Shown: positions 1 through 9,995 of the stretch, piece after piece | Layout: every line of letters starts with the position of its first letter | Position numbering within the stretch: position 1 is the stretch's first letter | DNA from: Euryarchaeota archaeon UBA86 | GTDB lineage: Archaea; Thermoplasmatota; Poseidoniia; Poseidoniales; Thalassarchaeaceae | DNA length: 64,000 nucleotides | Direction of reading: 5' to 3' | NCBI GenBank assembly: GCA_002503055.1 | Contig: DAQX01000008.1 | Coordinates: 81,439 to 145,438 of the forward strand | Notes under the pieces: generated by a model | Database searches by the model: none | What the model was told of the DNA's origin: nothing | The model's input: only the letters and a program-made list of their open reading frames with translations | Program-made: the position numbers and the translations under genes

Positions 1-2
1 GA

Positions 3-872
3 ATTGGATGTTCATCCAAGACTCCGGCCTACTTCCTTGGCAAGAGTCACGGATTCAATACTGTACACGGAAGAATGCCTTCGGTTACTACCGGAGCAAG
101 TATGGTCAACAAGAGTCTCTCTTTCATCGCTGTCTCAGGAGATGGCGATACTGCCAGCATTGGAATTGGACAGTTTGTTCATGCCATCAGGCGCAATCTG
201 GACATGGTTTACATTATCGAGAACAATGGTGTCTACGGCCTTACCAAGGGGCAATATAGCGCGACGGTTGAGAAGGGTTCGACGAAGAAGAAAGGCACAA
301 TGAATGAGCAGCCTCCAATTGACTTGTGTGCTATGGCAATCAATCTTGGATGTAGTTTCGTTGCTCGCTCTTTCTCTGGTAGCAAGAAGCAACTAACTGC
401 TCTCATTCGTGCCGCAATGGGACACCGAGGAATGGCTGTGATTGATGTAATCTCACCATGTGTGACCTTTGCCAATAATGACGAGTCATACAAGTCTTAC
501 AATTATGTTAAGGAAAATGATGAGGTCTTACATCTAATCGATTACATCCCTCATTTTACACCAATCGAGGAAGTAGATATTCCTGAGGGAGAATATGACG
601 ATATTCAGATGTTTGACGGTTCCACTCTACGCCTCGAGACAGTTGGTAGAGAGCATGACCCATCCGACCCTGTATCTGCCCTAGCAGCAATCCACCAGGC
701 CGAAAAGGAAGACAAGCATGTCACTGGTTTACTGTACTATGATGATGGAATGCAGACCGCAGATGAATCTCTCGAACTTACATCTACTCCATTGTCAGAA
801 CTTAGTGAACACGAGTTGAGACCTAGTTCAGATACATTGGACAAGATTAACTCTGGATTCAGAGGAAACTGA
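3..872 (+). CDS. 2-oxoacid:ferredoxin oxidoreductase beta subunit (5'-partial)
   Basis: Frame open from position 3 (IGCSSKTPAYF...HGR); TPP-binding GDGD...NNGVYGLTKGQ and SPCVTF motifs. Confidence 0.93.
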   Translation: MGCSSKTPAYFLGKSHGFNTVHGRMPSVTTGASMVNKSLSFIAVSGDGDTASIGIGQFVHAIRRNLDMVYIIENNGVYGLTKGQYSATVEKGSTKKKGTMNEQPPIDLCAMAINLGCSFVARSFSGSKKQLTALIRAAMGHRGMAVIDVISPCVTFANNDESYKSYNYVKENDEVLHLIDYIPHFTPIEEVDIPEGEYDDIQMFDGSTLRLETVGREHDPSDPVSALAAIHQAEKEDKHVTGLLYYDDGMQTADESLELTSTPLSELSEHELRPSSDTLDKINSGFRGN

Positions 873-927
873 ATTCGATTTACGACTCGGATTTGTTGAA
901 ATAGCGAACCCGACTCCGTCGCTCGCT

Positions 928-1003
928 AGTCCCTTAGTGTAGTGGTCCATCATATGGCACTCTGGATGCCATGACCCTGGTTCGAATCCGGGAGGGACTA
1001 CCA
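928..1003 (+). tRNA. tRNA-Gln(CTG)
   Basis: Acceptor AGTCCCT/AGGGACT, anticodon arm TGGCA-CTCTGGA-TGCCA, T-loop TTCGAAT, encoded CCA. Confidence 0.95.
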
Positions 1004-1013
1004 ACACTCATCT

Positions 1014-1196
1014 TTACAGTGAGCGATAGAGTAATTCTGAAACCCAGCTAACCATTATGATAATCATGAACCAACCAAGAGCAATTCTACCCCATCGACT
1101 ATGCTCTTTCTTTGGTGGAAAAGGATCGATTCCGGCCTCAATCGCCTCAGCAATTATTGCCAGTTCCTCCTCAATGGTCTCGGGTTGCTTCATCAT
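1014..1196 (-). CDS. small hypothetical membrane protein
   Basis: 60 aa with one C-terminal hydrophobic helix; abuts the stop of the upstream aldo/keto reductase. Confidence 0.65.
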   Translation of the reverse strand: MMKQPETIEEELAIIAEAIEAGIDPFPPKKEHSRWGRIALGWFMIIIMVSWVSELLYRSL

Positions 1197-2045
1197 TCAC
1201 GGCTCCGAAGTCGGATCCCAACCTGATACATATGACTCATCTAAGGCTGCAAGTTCAGCCTCCTTGCCGCTCAAATCCACTTCAAGAGAAGCTAGATTCT
1301 CTGAAATCCTCTGCGGATTACTAGACTTGGGAATAGTGATTGCTCCAACATCCAGACACCACTTTATTGCAGCCTGAGCGGGTGTGCATCCCACCGATTC
1401 AGCAATCTCGCAGATTCCTGGATCATCGACTTTGTGACCTCTAGCCAATGGAGAGTAAGCCATTGGAACTGCCCCTACTTCATTGATTGCTGCCCGCAGT
1501 GCATTTCTCTGTAGCCAAGGGCTGATTTCGACCTGATTTACAGATGGCATCAGACTGGCATACGATCTCATTGCATCTAGGTGATGTGCCCCGTAGTTAC
1601 TGACTCCAATCGAGCGAGTCCATCCATTAGCCAGACACTTTTCCATACCCTGCCAAACAGGTGCTCTGGTATCCGGATCTTCTGGTGGAGCGTGTACCAG
1701 ATACAGGTCCATGTAGTCAAGGCCGAGGTTCTCAAGGCTTTGCTGACAACGCTCGATTGTCTCCTCGTAGCTGTTGGAATGAGGGCGTCGAAGTTTAGTG
1801 ACTACGAAAATCTCCTCTCTAGGAATTCCAGATTCCCTGATGGCCTGGCCTACTTCGTCCTCGTTCCCATATGCCATTGCGGTGTCGATCATTCTGTATC
1901 CTTGCTCAAGTGCATACAATACAGAGTTCTTGCACTCGCCCGGCTCGCCCATTAGATAGACTCCCAATCCAAAGTTCGGCATCTCGACTTGATGCATCCT
2001 TTCGCCGGTGCTTGTGCTGGTGTTCGAGATTGTAACTGAGTTCAT
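1197..2045 (-). CDS. aldo/keto reductase
   Basis: GLGVY, IDTAMAYGNE, TKL, DLYLVH, SIGVSNY, AYSPL and IPKS motifs. Confidence 0.93.
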   Translation of the reverse strand: MNSVTISNTSTSTGERMHQVEMPNFGLGVYLMGEPGECKNSVLYALEQGYRMIDTAMAYGNEDEVGQAIRESGIPREEIFVVTKLRRPHSNSYEETIERCQQSLENLGLDYMDLYLVHAPPEDPDTRAPVWQGMEKCLANGWTRSIGVSNYGAHHLDAMRSYASLMPSVNQVEISPWLQRNALRAAINEVGAVPMAYSPLARGHKVDDPGICEIAESVGCTPAQAAIKWCLDVGAITIPKSSNPQRISENLASLEVDLSGKEAELAALDESYVSGWDPTSEP

Positions 2046-2119
2046 GTTCGGCGTAGGTTAGATTATGTATTCAATGGTTATTGTAGCGAGGTTCAAGCGT
2101 CGTACCTCGTCGAAGGCGT

Positions 2120-3661
2120 ATGGGAGAGTTGCCAGAAGGCATGGAGATGCCTAAATCCGAGAGGGCAGCTCCTAGACCCTCGGCGTCTGTTATTCTGAGC
2201 AGGGAGCGTGAAGGTGGCCATGAGATATTGCTTGGACACCGGGTCTCTGAACTTCCAGCCTTCCCTGATGTCTGGTCATTTCCCGGAGGAGCGATTAGTC
2301 GAGTAGATAGAGCAGTAGCAGAATCTCATCCCGAATGGCTGCAGAACAGAGATGACAGGGTCTCTGTTTTTGCTCTCCTGAGAGAAATGGTAGAGGAGCT
2401 TGGAGTGGTTCCTGATGGCAAGGGAGGATTGACAGAGGTTGGTGAGGATATTCGCGCTGAGGTTTGCGCAGACAAGGCAAATTGGCGAAGTCTGATGGAG
2501 TTAGGGGCATTGACTTGTCAGGAGTTTCATTGTGAGGTAATTACCGACAGAACAACACCTCCACAAGCCCCTGCTAGATTCCACAACCTGTTCTTTCATG
2601 TTCCAACCGGAGACCCCGGAGTTACCCCTACTTTTCCCCCTGGTCGCTCAGAATTTGATGAGTTCCGCTGGTGGAGGCCAATTGACCTAGTTTCCTCTTG
2701 GGAAGCCAATGAGATTCGTCTCCCTCCTCCTATAGTGACACTAGCACGTGACCTCGTTGAGGGAATCGAGATGGAAGGTGATTTGCAATCTGCTTGCGAC
2801 ACTCTAGCAGCAGATCCTCCGACGGGAAAACATCGGTTCGAGTACGGCCCGGGTGTCGAGTGTGTGCTGATACCTACGGATACGCTCCCGCCTGCCACTC
2901 ACACAAACTGCTTCATCCTCGGAGAGCGAGGCGGAGAGAGAGTTGTCATCGACCCGGCTGCTAAGGATGAGGAGGGTTTTGAGGAGTTGGCGTTCAAAAT
3001 CCAAGAGATTTACGATGATGGTAGTTCGATAATTGCTACAATCTTCACTCATAGGCATCCCGATCACATTGGTGACTTAAAGCGAATATCAGAGATTTAC
3101 CAAGCTCCAATCTGGGCTAGTAAAGAGACTCTAGCAGTCATTTCTCCCTGTGATTCAGACCGAGTTCTCAAAGAAGGCGACTCTTTCATTCTCGATGGGC
3201 CTAGTGGTGGAATCCGATGGGATGTCATAGAGAGTCCGGGGCACTGCCCAGGTCAAATCTGTCTAGTTGGGGAGTCCGGAATTGTATCCGCAGATAATTG
3301 CACTTTAGTGGGGACTATTTTGGTCCCCTCAGGAGAAGGAGATATGGGGGCATACATCTCCGGGCTGGAAAGAATTCGTTCTCTTGATCCAAAGGTCTTG
3401 TTCCCTGGTCACGGTCCTCTAATTGCAAACCCAAAGAGGGTGTTGACGGACTACATCGAGCACCGAAAGGCGAGGCACCAGAAGGTGCTCGAAGCAGTAC
3501 GAGCGGGCAACTCGGATATCTCCAGAATCGCCAGCGCGGCATACACCGACAGCCCGGGAGTGCATCCATTGCTAGCGCAGGACCAAGCACTCTCTCATCT
3601 GAAGGAGTTACAGAGAACCGGTGAAGTCGGAAACGATGGTAGTGGATTCAAAGTTGTATAA
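2120..3661 (+). CDS. Nudix hydrolase / MBL-fold (LACTB2-like) fusion protein
   Basis: N-terminal FPGG...REMVEELG Nudix-like box; C-terminal THRHPDH, PGH and PGHGP metallo-beta-lactamase motifs plus a wHTH-like end. Confidence 0.85.
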   Translation: MGELPEGMEMPKSERAAPRPSASVILSREREGGHEILLGHRVSELPAFPDVWSFPGGAISRVDRAVAESHPEWLQNRDDRVSVFALLREMVEELGVVPDGKGGLTEVGEDIRAEVCADKANWRSLMELGALTCQEFHCEVITDRTTPPQAPARFHNLFFHVPTGDPGVTPTFPPGRSEFDEFRWWRPIDLVSSWEANEIRLPPPIVTLARDLVEGIEMEGDLQSACDTLAADPPTGKHRFEYGPGVECVLIPTDTLPPATHTNCFILGERGGERVVIDPAAKDEEGFEELAFKIQEIYDDGSSIIATIFTHRHPDHIGDLKRISEIYQAPIWASKETLAVISPCDSDRVLKEGDSFILDGPSGGIRWDVIESPGHCPGQICLVGESGIVSADNCTLVGTILVPSGEGDMGAYISGLERIRSLDPKVLFPGHGPLIANPKRVLTDYIEHRKARHQKVLEAVRAGNSDISRIASAAYTDSPGVHPLLAQDQALSHLKELQRTGEVGNDGSGFKVV

Positions 3662-3719
3662 ACCGGGCCAAGGTTGAAGCAAGTTCCCTAACAGCGCCAA
3701 AAGAAATTGAGGTCTTGCG

Positions 3720-5138
3720 ATGGCTGAAGACAAACGGTGGTGGAAAAGAGACGAAGATTCCGACACCTCCAAAGAAGACGTCGAGGATTTGATGAATGAG
3801 GCCGAGGCCAAGCGTCTCCAACGCGAGGAAGAATTGGCAGAGGCCGAGCACCGAGCAAAGATGGCGAAATTTACGGATTCCGCGCCCAGCAGTAACAAAG
3901 AGTCAGGGTCTGGTGATGGTTTCCCGGTGGAATTCACCGGGCAGAGGATTGTGCTGAAGCCGGACGGAAATGGGTGCTTCTACGTCAAAGGTAGTATTGG
4001 AAATATCGGGAACATAAATTTCCTAGTGGATACTGGAGCGAGTTTCTGCGGGGTCGACGAAAAGACTGCTGAGATGCTCGACCTGAATCGGGGAGAAGTG
4101 GTGAGGACAACGACAGCAGCTGGCCCGGGAATGGGGTACAGGACTACTTTGCCCGACATAACAGTTGGACAGATAAAGATAAGAAAAGTTGACGCTTTAA
4201 TCAACCCCCTAAGAGAATCTGATGCTGGATACTGTATTCTCGGTATGACATTCCTTGAGCACATTGATTGGGAGCACGATAACGGGGTGCTGATTCTGAA
4301 TCCAGATGGAGAGTCAGATGGTACCAAGATATACGGCAGGGGTTCCGATCACTGGCTTCTGGAGGATCCTGGTTACACTGTAGCAGCAATTGTACTCGCT
4401 CTGGGCCTCATTGCAACCGGATTCATGGCAGTTGCTGTTGGGGGAACGAAGGATCAATGGGTGGAAATAGAAGCTGAAGTCCTTGAGAAATATCCAGGAT
4501 ACGACTGGGTGGAGCATAAAGACTGCTATACGGATGAATGGGGAGATGAATACTGTGATTATTGGTACGAGTTAGATTGCTGGGCCGACTTAGATGTCTC
4601 ATACTCCGTTGACAATACTACCTACTACTCCGAGGTTGATCATTTTCCAATTACAAGATACGATGACTACGCAGGTGCGGAAGACGACTGCTTGAATTAC
4701 GCCGAGAATGGCACTATTCCAATAGGGAGTTTCGTTACTCTGTACTACAATACTGAGGATCCTAGCGAAGTCCGGATTGATACTCCATGGGATCAGATTT
4801 TCGGCTTATTTTGTTGTGGAGTTATGCAATTCTTCCTGTTGGTTGTAGTTTTACTAATGGCTCGATACGATGTAGGTACTGGAAGTCGCGTGGAATTTTA
4901 TGTCGGCGATTCCCACATTGGTGGGCATGGTCGATACTATGAAGACCCGCTTTACTACGACCGGCCTTGGCACAGGAGACCATGGTTCCACCGTAGACGC
5001 AGTTACTACCGTCATAGACGCAGCGGTTCCAGCCGCAGAAGCAGTAGAGTCACGAGAAGCTCCGGAGGACGCAGGTCCGGTGGCGGTGGCAGGTCCGGTG
5101 GCGGTGGCAGGTCCGGTGGCGGCGGTCGTGGCAGATGA
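3720..5138 (+). CDS. membrane protein with retropepsin-like (clan AA) aspartyl protease domain, DUF3592-like external domain and Arg/Gly-rich tail
   Basis: FLVDTGAS catalytic motif and ILGMTFL; two hydrophobic helices; YYNTEDPSE; RS/RGG C-terminus; GAGGT RBS. Confidence 0.75.
   Translation: MAEDKRWWKRDEDSDTSKEDVEDLMNEAEAKRLQREEELAEAEHRAKMAKFTDSAPSSNKESGSGDGFPVEFTGQRIVLKPDGNGCFYVKGSIGNIGNINFLVDTGASFCGVDEKTAEMLDLNRGEVVRTTTAAGPGMGYRTTLPDITVGQIKIRKVDALINPLRESDAGYCILGMTFLEHIDWEHDNGVLILNPDGESDGTKIYGRGSDHWLLEDPGYTVAAIVLALGLIATGFMAVAVGGTKDQWVEIEAEVLEKYPGYDWVEHKDCYTDEWGDEYCDYWYELDCWADLDVSYSVDNTTYYSEVDHFPITRYDDYAGAEDDCLNYAENGTIPIGSFVTLYYNTEDPSEVRIDTPWDQIFGLFCCGVMQFFLLVVVLLMARYDVGTGSRVEFYVGDSHIGGHGRYYEDPLYYDRPWHRRPWFHRRRSYYRHRRSGSSRRSSRVTRSSGGRRSGGGGRSGGGGRSGGGGRGR
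5071..5124 (+). repeat. 18-bp tandem repeat x3 (GCAGGTCCGGTGGCGGTG) encoding (RSGGGG)3
   Basis: Seen directly; the third copy has one mismatch. Confidence 0.9.
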
Positions 5139-5185
5139 TTGCTAGACCCAAGGATGAAATCCACGTATCCTCCTAGGTCAATTTG

Positions 5186-6046
5186 ATGGAGGAAATGTGG
5201 AGCGGTGCTCCTGAACTCAGTGGGGCAGAATCTGAGGAGATGTTCGTCGAGGTCGAGTCGGGAATCTCATTGAGAATCTTGAGATGGTTTCCAAATGATG
5301 AATCTGCTGTATCCAATGGCCCAGTTGTAGTAGTTCCAGGCTGGGGTTCTGTGTTCGAGGGTTGGAGGCCACTCATCACAGAATGGGTCAAGCGTCGACC
5401 AATAGTCTACATCGAGACAAGAGAGAAAAAGAGCGCTTTAATTACCAAGAAAGTCAGTAAATCGGATTTCGAGATGTCAAAGCATGGTGCAGATGTATTG
5501 GCGGTTCTGAACCATCTGGGCATCGATTCACACGATGTCGATTGGTTCTCTTCTTCTCTGGGTGCGACCCTGTTAATCGAGTCCTACCAAAGCAGTGTGC
5601 TAAACGGCCACTCGTCAGTCCTTCTAGCACCGAACCCGGACTTTGAGTTCCCGCTTTGGGCAAGGATAGTCATGAGTCTGCCAATTCCTCATTTCATACA
5701 TCCTGCTCTGATGCGATTCACCATTTGGCTTGTCGACCGCAGGACGAAGGAAGAGGGGCAGCGAATTAGGTATCGTAGGACTCTGCTATCTCAAGATCTG
5801 AATCGGATGCTTTTGAGTGCTAGAGCAAACATGCGATACAGGCTCCCTGATGACCTTTCTAGAATAGATGTGCCATGTGCAGTAATGACTGCCTCCTCGG
5901 ACACTCTGCACGACATGAGCAAGGTGTTGAGTATAGTTGAAAGAATACCCGGAGCAGTGCTGATTGAGGTCCCTAGCAACCAGTACGCACACGAGGCCGA
6001 TGTACTAGTCGAGATTGAGCAATTCCACTCTTCAATCGGTAATTAG
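5186..6046 (+). CDS. alpha/beta hydrolase fold protein
   Basis: VVVPGWG oxyanion region, SSSLG nucleophile elbow, D and H near the C-terminus. Confidence 0.75.
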   Translation: MEEMWSGAPELSGAESEEMFVEVESGISLRILRWFPNDESAVSNGPVVVVPGWGSVFEGWRPLITEWVKRRPIVYIETREKKSALITKKVSKSDFEMSKHGADVLAVLNHLGIDSHDVDWFSSSLGATLLIESYQSSVLNGHSSVLLAPNPDFEFPLWARIVMSLPIPHFIHPALMRFTIWLVDRRTKEEGQRIRYRRTLLSQDLNRMLLSARANMRYRLPDDLSRIDVPCAVMTASSDTLHDMSKVLSIVERIPGAVLIEVPSNQYAHEADVLVEIEQFHSSIGN

Positions 6047-6104
6047 ACCAATTTTGCAAAGCGATTCCCTGATGAAGGGTGGGCGGGCCGGCGGATTGAG
6101 TAGT

Positions 6105-8240
6105 ATGCGTGAGAACTCGTCGTCATTCGATGTCGCCCGCATTGTGCGTGAGCTTTCAGAGATGGTTGGTGCACGCGCACGCAAGGCATACCAACCACAC
6201 TATGAGCAAGTGGTTCTGCGACTGAATCGTAAGGGAGTTCCCTCGACTGACCTAGTGATTGTCAGAGGACAGCGTGTCTATACATCTCAGCGTGACCGTC
6301 CCATGCCATCAAAGCCGTCACAATTCGCAATGGTATTACGCAAGCACCTGAACAATTCACGACTAATCGATGTGGAGCAGCTCGGATTTGATCGAGTCAT
6401 CAGATTGACTTTCGAGCACGGTGGTGGACGTCTAGCATTAATCATCGAGTTGTTCAGAGATGGAAATGTACTACTTCTCGACGAAAATGATGTCATCATC
6501 CAGCCACTTACTCACGCCAAGTATGCAAGTCGTACTCTCAAGAAAGGGGTGGCTTATACTGCTCCTCCTGAGACTCTAGACCCACGTGAAATGGATCGGG
6601 CGATGCTGGATAATCTGCTAGATGGTAGCAACCACGACTTGATTCGCACCCTAGCTGCCCGTGCCAATCTTGGTAGAATCTACGGCAGTACAGCCTGCTC
6701 AATCGCAGGAATCGAAGAGGATGTGGCTGCCAACTCTCTGGACTCCGCTCAGCGTGACTCGCTCGAGTTGGCAATAGACTCGATGTTGCAGCGACTATCT
6801 GATGGAGAAGATGCGAAGATATGGCTGACTGATTCAGAAGCAATGGATGCATGGAAGGCCGCGGATAACGAGGCTGCCCGGGATGCAGCATCATCAGGAA
6901 TTACTGAGATTGCCCCTATCGACCTTGCTTACACCGAATCTAGCACCATGGTTGGGGTCTCATCTCTGTCTGTAGCTTACGATGCAGTATTCGGCTCGCA
7001 CGATGCTGCAGCATTCATTCGTCGCGAGGAAGAATTACTGGTTGATTCGGGAGAAGATGGAGGGGCTATACAAGCCAAGTTAGGACGCAGGGCGGCCCAA
7101 CAGAAGGCTGCGATTGCACGATTCCACGAGAGAGCAGCGATAACTCAAGAATTGGGTAAGTCGATTCAGGATAATTGGGAACATGTTGATTCTCTACTCT
7201 TGCAGTTCAATGAGGCAGTAGTCTCGGACGGTTGGGAAGGAGTGATGGACAAGATTCACGATGTGCCTTGGATTGACAGCGCTAACCCTGCCAAGCAGAC
7301 GATTGTGGCTTACCTACCCGACGAAGACGGTGAGCCGGGTGCTAGTATAACTCTAGAAGTATCGAACACAGTACACCAGAATGCGCAGCGCTATTTCGAA
7401 GAGGCTCGCTCGCAGAAAAATAAGGCCAAGGGAGCAAAAACAGCTCTCGCGAGCACTGAGAAGAGTCAGGATAGAGCCGAGAAGCAGGCGGCAAAAGATG
7501 CTGCTGCAGGGCGACTCAGGGCCAAGAAGAGAAGCAAGAGGTTCTGGTTCGAGAGGCATCGCTGGGCGATATTGTCTGGTGGACACTTTCTGATTGGAGG
7601 TAAAGATGCAAAGGGCAACGATGTTGTTGTTCGAAAGCATCTGACATCAAACGATCTCTACTTCCATGCAGACCTACACGGAGCACCATCGTGCTCGCTC
7701 AAACTCAAGGATGGTCTTGCCCCCAATCAGAACCCATCCGAGGTCATTCCCGAGGGTGTGGCATCGCTGCAGATTGTGCAGAATCTAGGTGAAGATATGG
7801 AAGATGCTCGTCAACTGCCCGAATCAGTCCATTCTGAGGCTGCTCAAGTTGCAGTGTGCTGGTCTAGAGCGTGGGGTAGCGGAGGTGCTGCAGCGATCGC
7901 TTTCCACGCAAGGCCTAGCCAGGTCTCGAAGACTACTGAGTCGGGAGAGTCTCTTGCCCGTGGCTCTTTCGTAGTCAGGGGCCAGCGTAATTGGCATCGT
8001 GATTTGCCACTAGAGATGGCCATCGGAATGGCAGTAGTCAATGGAGTTCCCATCCCAGTCTCGGGAACGCCTTCTACAATCTCTCAGTATTGCCAAAGAT
8101 GGGCGAAAATCATACCTGGTCGAGAAAAGAAGGAGAGCATAGCCAACCGTATCGCCAAGGCCACAGGTTTGGCCCAAGACGATTTGCTCTCTTGCCTGCC
8201 ATCCGGAAACTGCTCACTCGAAGATCATGGTCTGATTTAA
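6105..8240 (+). CDS. rqcH: NFACT family ribosome rescue protein RqcH/Rqc2 (FbpA-like)
   Basis: FAMVLRKHL, FDRV, ELFRDGN, NAQRYF coiled coil, WFE, GGKDA..ND, HAD.HGAPS and QVSKT.ESGE.L.RGSF motifs. Confidence 0.9.
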   Translation: MRENSSSFDVARIVRELSEMVGARARKAYQPHYEQVVLRLNRKGVPSTDLVIVRGQRVYTSQRDRPMPSKPSQFAMVLRKHLNNSRLIDVEQLGFDRVIRLTFEHGGGRLALIIELFRDGNVLLLDENDVIIQPLTHAKYASRTLKKGVAYTAPPETLDPREMDRAMLDNLLDGSNHDLIRTLAARANLGRIYGSTACSIAGIEEDVAANSLDSAQRDSLELAIDSMLQRLSDGEDAKIWLTDSEAMDAWKAADNEAARDAASSGITEIAPIDLAYTESSTMVGVSSLSVAYDAVFGSHDAAAFIRREEELLVDSGEDGGAIQAKLGRRAAQQKAAIARFHERAAITQELGKSIQDNWEHVDSLLLQFNEAVVSDGWEGVMDKIHDVPWIDSANPAKQTIVAYLPDEDGEPGASITLEVSNTVHQNAQRYFEEARSQKNKAKGAKTALASTEKSQDRAEKQAAKDAAAGRLRAKKRSKRFWFERHRWAILSGGHFLIGGKDAKGNDVVVRKHLTSNDLYFHADLHGAPSCSLKLKDGLAPNQNPSEVIPEGVASLQIVQNLGEDMEDARQLPESVHSEAAQVAVCWSRAWGSGGAAAIAFHARPSQVSKTTESGESLARGSFVVRGQRNWHRDLPLEMAIGMAVVNGVPIPVSGTPSTISQYCQRWAKIIPGREKKESIANRIAKATGLAQDDLLSCLPSGNCSLEDHGLI

Positions 8241-8803
8241 TCTTGAACGCGGGCTCGCCATTCCGGTGCGGTTATCCCGTAGATTGCCGCGTCTACAAAA
8301 TGGTCGTACAGCCACTCTCTATCTTTCATGATCCCCTCCAGGCTCATGCCGAGCCTCTCTGGGACCGCCCTACTGATGGAGTTCTCAACGGCGACAAGTA
8401 TTGTTGCTCTATGGAGGCCGAGCTCGGCAAAGCAGTGGTCGATGAGTCTCGCACAGCACTTTGTCACTATGCCGCTCCCAGTAGAGTCCTCTGAAAGCCA
8501 GTACCCGATAGTGAATCTCCTATTGGCCCAGTCTATGGAGTTGAGTCCTACGGTGCCCACTATTGAGCCCCCAAGAAGAATCAGATACATGCATCCATTC
8601 TCCGAGTAGGCGCCCTGTCTGATTGCTTCGGACTCTTCTTCGACGCTCTTAACGTCATCTAGCCATGGCAACCACTCCCTCAGATACTGCCTATTTTCAT
8701 CGATCTTGAGGAATAGCTCCTCTGAGTCCTTCTCCTCTGGGACTCTTAGTTCCAGGCCATCCTCGACCAGTAGAGACGGGGCTGGACGGTAATTGTTGAC
8801 CAT
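8237..8803 (-). CDS. GNAT N-acetyltransferase (RimJ/RimL family)
   Basis: LREWLPW, IGYWL...G.G and N..S..VPERLG..EG motifs. Confidence 0.9.
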   Translation of the reverse strand: MVNNYRPAPSLLVEDGLELRVPEEKDSEELFLKIDENRQYLREWLPWLDDVKSVEEESEAIRQGAYSENGCMYLILLGGSIVGTVGLNSIDWANRRFTIGYWLSEDSTGSGIVTKCCARLIDHCFAELGLHRATILVAVENSISRAVPERLGMSLEGIMKDREWLYDHFVDAAIYGITAPEWRARVQD

Positions 8804-8882
8804 GTCATTCTGAACTTGTAGTGCCTATTGAGTGATTCGCAGGTTGCGACAATGCTTCAAGGTAGGACTCATGTGAGGCCTC

Positions 8883-9938
8883 ATGAGTGGCGGCGGTTAC
8901 GGGGACTGGACCTACTCCGAGTACCTCAACCTACACGAGTTGCTTGGATTACAAGGAGAGGACAGGGAGGTAAGTGCAGATGAGATGCACTTCATTATCG
9001 TGCACCAAACCTTCGAGCTTTGGTTCAAGCAAGTAATCAAGGAGCTCTCGGAGGTAAGGGACATACTAGGGCAGGCCCCCGTCCCGGAGGATGAAATTCC
9101 AAGAGCGGTGGAGCATCTTGGAAGAACCACAGAAATTTTCAGACTGATGGCGAGCCAGTGGACCGTACTCGAGACTCTGACTCCACAGGGCTTCCTGGCA
9201 TTCAGAGATGGACTTGGAAGCGCTTCCGGATTCGAATCTTTCCAGATGAGGCAATTTGAGATTCTTCTGGGCTTAGATAACAATGACAGAATTGGCGGCA
9301 TGGATCCGCTTGACTCTTTCAGGAGGATGGCAGAGAGAGGGGAGGAGCACAAGGAGGTTCTATCCATGCTTGAGGATGCAGTTTCAAGGCCGAGCCTTGT
9401 CGAGTCACTGATGCTTTGGGTAGAGAGAACCCCAATCATGGGATCGGGTTTTGAGTCCGATAATGACCAAGAAAACGTACAGCAGTATGTAGAAGCGCAC
9501 CTCAAGGCACACAAGACTGTTTGTGACTTAGCATCGGGCTCCTCAGAAATGATGGCAGCGCGAATGAGGGCCTCGCATGAGTCGGCAATTTCATTCCTGA
9601 AGCCCGATGGAACTGCCAGTCGTAGGAGAGCCGGTCTTCTCTTCATCGAGTCATACAGAGAACTGCCCCTTCTTGCTTGGCCAAGGAAACTGATCGATGC
9701 TGTTGTGGAACTGGAAGAATCCATGGTGAAATGGCGTCATTCTCATGCTAGGATGGTCGAGAGAATAATGGGTCGTAGAATAGGCACTGGTGGGACCAGT
9801 GGAGTGGACTACCTGGATGCTACGGCCGAGTATCGTATTTTCAAAGACCTGTGGGCAGTTAGGACCATACTTGTCAAGCCTCAGATGAGACCCGAGTTGG
9901 TAAACTCAGAATTCTATGGATATTCATCTGATTCGTGA
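8883..9938 (+). CDS. kynA: tryptophan 2,3-dioxygenase
   Basis: Y..YL.L..LL, EMHFIIVHQTFELWFKQ, FR..LG.ASGFES.Q.R and R.GTGGTSGVDYL motifs. Confidence 0.92.
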   Translation: MSGGGYGDWTYSEYLNLHELLGLQGEDREVSADEMHFIIVHQTFELWFKQVIKELSEVRDILGQAPVPEDEIPRAVEHLGRTTEIFRLMASQWTVLETLTPQGFLAFRDGLGSASGFESFQMRQFEILLGLDNNDRIGGMDPLDSFRRMAERGEEHKEVLSMLEDAVSRPSLVESLMLWVERTPIMGSGFESDNDQENVQQYVEAHLKAHKTVCDLASGSSEMMAARMRASHESAISFLKPDGTASRRRAGLLFIESYRELPLLAWPRKLIDAVVELEESMVKWRHSHARMVERIMGRRIGTGGTSGVDYLDATAEYRIFKDLWAVRTILVKPQMRPELVNSEFYGYSSDS

Positions 9939-9995
9939 GGATTATTCTGCTTTATGAATAGGACCATTGAAGGCTCGTTGGCCTTTCGTGGGTGC

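Noticed and set aside
928-1200. tRNA-Gln (and tRNA-iMet at 27019) as integration sites
   Set aside because: No integrase and no duplicated tRNA 3' end noticed in the window
5071-5124. Tandem repeat as a possible CRISPR or regulatory array
   Set aside because: No spacers; in-frame coding repeat (RSGGGG); no cas genes
8912-9724. 270-aa antisense ORF over kynA, and many similar Ser-rich antisense ORFs
   Set aside because: Shadow frames of acidic real genes; no motifs and fully nested
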